Assembly: GCA_965237905.1 (NCBI GenBank) | Contig: OZ250172.1 | Location: 2,208,001-2,272,000 of the forward strand | DNA length: 64,000 nt | DNA from: Nitrospinaceae bacterium | GTDB lineage: Bacteria > Nitrospinota > Nitrospinia > Nitrospinales > Nitrospinaceae | Direction: 5' to 3' | Shown here: positions 61,640 to 64,000 of the stretch, piece after piece | Position numbering within the stretch: position 1 is the first letter of the stretch | Layout of the letters: each line of letters opens with the position of its first letter | The notes under the pieces: generated by a model | Seen by the model: the letters and a program-made list of their open reading frames with translations, nothing else | Told to the model about the DNA's origin: nothing | Database searches by the model: none | Program-made: the position numbers and the translations under genes

Positions 61640-62617
61640 TCAGTCCTGAAGCGGGTTTTCTGTTTGGAAATCAGTTTCGGGATTGACCGATTTGGCGCAA
61701 CGGAAACCGAAGGTCGGATTGTTGATGTTGGGATCGGCCAGGTTGCGGTAAGAAATGGTGGCCATCTCCGGCGGACTCCTCCAGCCACCTCCTTTAGCCA
61801 GATACAGAGAATTGCTTTGCAATCCCGGTTGGGATTCCGCAAGCGATGAAAGCATCACCGGTGTGCTCACCCATTCCCACACATTGCCGATCATATCCAA
61901 CGCCCCGAACGGGCTGGCACCCTTTGGCAAGGAGCCGGGCGGTGCGGCATTCACGAACCCGTCTTGATCTCCCTGGATATTTCCGAATCCCTCCAAGGGT
62001 TGATCTCCCCAGGGCAATAAATGCTCCGAGGTTCCGCGGGCGGCCGCTTCCCATTCGTTTTCCGTCGGCAGACGTTTTCCTGCCCATTGGCAATACCGTT
62101 GGGCATTGAACCAGTTGACCGCCATAGCCGGACACTGCGGACATGCCTCGCCGCCGGTGTAGAGTGTTTCATCGTAGTCCGGGTTGAATTGCTTGTATTG
62201 CGCCACCGTGATTTCTGCCCGGTCGATCAAAAACTCCGGCACGGTTTTGTGTTCGAGTCGCCGGTTTTGCCCCACTTGAAATGAGGACACATTTTCCGAG
62301 GGAACCCAGTAAGACCCGGACGGAACCCGGACCAGTATCGATTGATCCTTGTGATGGATCACAGTCGGCAGGCGGAATGTTCTGGGAATTTTCGAAGTGG
62401 GTGCGGGTCTGATCGTGGGCCGGGTATATTGAACCGTCGCTTTTGGCTTGGATTGTTTGGGAGTGGGTGCAGGGACGGTTTTGCCTGGCTGATGTTTGGT
62501 TTCAGGAAATAGGGTTCCGTGTTGGGTCCGCTGGTGAGAACGGGTCCGCTTATCGGAGGAAGTCGCACAGCCTGAAACAAAAAGCACCGTCAACAACAGG
62601 ATACCTGCAAACTTCAC
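61640..62617 (-). CDS. FGE/SUMF1-family lipoprotein
   Basis: VSGC lipobox; RLPTENEWEAAARG, DMIGNVWEW, FGFRC. Confidence 0.9.
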   Translation of the reverse strand: MKFAGILLLTVLFVSGCATSSDKRTRSHQRTQHGTLFPETKHQPGKTVPAPTPKQSKPKATVQYTRPTIRPAPTSKIPRTFRLPTVIHHKDQSILVRVPSGSYWVPSENVSSFQVGQNRRLEHKTVPEFLIDRAEITVAQYKQFNPDYDETLYTGGEACPQCPAMAVNWFNAQRYCQWAGKRLPTENEWEAAARGTSEHLLPWGDQPLEGFGNIQGDQDGFVNAAPPGSLPKGASPFGALDMIGNVWEWVSTPVMLSSLAESQPGLQSNSLYLAKGGGWRSPPEMATISYRNLADPNINNPTFGFRCAKSVNPETDFQTENPLQD

Positions 62618-63036
62618 TGCGTTTCTGCCTCCTCTTTCATGTATTGATCCATCTTCTTTTTCAAACGGCGGTAGATGGCGTATTCCCTATCCGCTTTTTT
62701 CTTTTGACCCATCTGTTCGTAAGTGTAGCCCAGACTGTAATGGGCATCTACAAAGGTCGGGTCGAGACGCAGAGCGGTTTGGAATGCCTTTTCAGCCAAG
62801 TCATATTTTTTCCGGTAATTGTGAATTCCTCCCAGCCCATAGTACCCGTTCGGGTTTTTGGGATTTTTGTCGATGGCATTTTGAAACGCCTGTTCCGCGC
62901 CCTCATAATCTTGTGATTCGATATGGGACAGTCCTTCCTTGTAATAATCGTCGCTGTTTTTGTCCGAGCATTGCGGTAAAATCAAAGCCAGTACACTGAG
63001 CAGGCACAGGGTTAAAAGAGTTCGGATGGAGGGCAC
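62614..63036 (-). CDS. Exported TPR protein
   Basis: Signal peptide plus about 3 TPRs; 4-nt overlap with FGE gene. Confidence 0.85.
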   Translation of the reverse strand: MPSIRTLLTLCLLSVLALILPQCSDKNSDDYYKEGLSHIESQDYEGAEQAFQNAIDKNPKNPNGYYGLGGIHNYRKKYDLAEKAFQTALRLDPTFVDAHYSLGYTYEQMGQKKKADREYAIYRRLKKKMDQYMKEEAETQ

Positions 63037-63174
63037 GAGAGGCCTTTTTTATAGGGTTTGGCGGAAAATAGGTCGTCAGTGAGACTATTAAAAATGATAA
63101 CACCATTAAAGGGTTTCTGCCAGAACAACCCCTCCCGGATATTCAAACCGATTGGATAAGGGACCATTGCGCTC

Positions 63175-64000
63175 ATGGAAATCAACTTCTATTGGATAGC
63201 CTTCGCCGTCGGGACGTTTTTGCTTTGCGTGCTCGCAGTGTTGATCGTCAAAGGCTATGGGATATTGCAGGTGCGGTGGTTGAACATCTCCCGTTTGCGC
63301 AACCTTCAGCAACGGGCATCCGCCACCTCCGATCCGATCGAACGTGCCTCCCTAAATGCGATCACGGCACGTTGCGAAGCCCTGCGCGGTCGCTGGGTGC
63401 TCGGCGAACCGGATTTAGCCTTGATCGAAAATACGCGGTGCCTGGTCCGGGAGATCGCGGAACTTCATTATCCCCAATCCGACCAACCCCTCGCCGAAGC
63501 CCGGATCGAAAAAATTCTGAACGCCTTTCTTGAAATGAAAACGCACATCCTGCAGTTGACCCGCCTGCGAGGCATTCGGGAATGGACCCGGTTTCGACTG
63601 CGCCACCTGGTATGGTTGTCGGAAGCGTGGGCGCGTAAGACCCAATGGGAGCAAACCCCCACCGTCAAGACCGTGCGCCGTTTCAAACTGATTCCAATCG
63701 TTAAGTGGATTTACACGGCCCTGCGTTCGCTGGATCTGGTTTTCTGGTCCTTGAAAATGACGGTGTTCTTTTTATACGACATCGTGTTTAAAGTTTTTCT
63801 CATCCGGTGGTATTTGCTGGTGGGAGAAACCGCCATTCGGGTTTACAGTGACCGGGAAAAGGATGAAGAGATTTCTCCGGAAGAACTGCTGGAAGATATG
63901 GATGCCCTGCCGGATCAAAAGGAATTTCAGGAAACCGGGTTGACAGGAGAGGTTAAAGAGCGAGTCGATGCCTCGCGTAACGCCCTTTTGTTTCATCTGG
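63175..64000 (+). CDS. Membrane-anchored hypothetical protein, runs off right edge
   Basis: Manual translation from ATG 63175 (MEINFYWIAFAVG...) stays open to window end. Confidence 0.75.
   Translation, partial: MEINFYWIAFAVGTFLLCVLAVLIVKGYGILQVRWLNISRLRNLQQRASATSDPIERASLNAITARCEALRGRWVLGEPDLALIENTRCLVREIAELHYPQSDQPLAEARIEKILNAFLEMKTHILQLTRLRGIREWTRFRLRHLVWLSEAWARKTQWEQTPTVKTVRRFKLIPIVKWIYTALRSLDLVFWSLKMTVFFLYDIVFKVFLIRWYLLVGETAIRVYSDREKDEEISPEELLEDMDALPDQKEFQETGLTGEVKERVDASRNALLFHL

Overview
Bacterial chromosome segment; the gene content is reminiscent of Nitrospinota, which is an inference. Most of it is housekeeping: leuCD, fused aroDE, mnmE-yidC-yidD-rnpA-rpmH (no adjacent dnaA or jag), tyrS, hutH, lepA-lepB, gcvT-gcvH-gcvPA, an HU-family protein, two flavin disulfide oxidoreductases, guaBA and the class II ribonucleotide reductase nrdJ. 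It also holds a flagellum-related operon (Pro/Glu-rich protein, atypical FliD, FlgN-like) and a sensor-less sigma54 activator. Accessory DNA comprises two AT-rich islands. The first (about 15.5-18.7 kb) has a non-canonical class III nucleotide cyclase next to a half-DOHH-like HEAT protein, plus a DUF3892-like/membrane protein pair. The second (about 48.8-50.7 kb) carries a sulfotransferase and is bounded by a duplicated gene 5' end. Non-coding highlights: a candidate sigma54 sRNA with a CCCUCCC loop, face-to-face sigma28 promoters, an 11-bp-phased DnaA-box array, a duplicated NrdR-box promoter ahead of a structured RNA and a small Cys protein, a 29-bp perfect hairpin in the nrdJ leader, and several families of palindromic miniature repeats. 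No rRNA, tRNA, CRISPR array, integrase or transposase was seen. All calls come from motif recognition by eye, without database searches.
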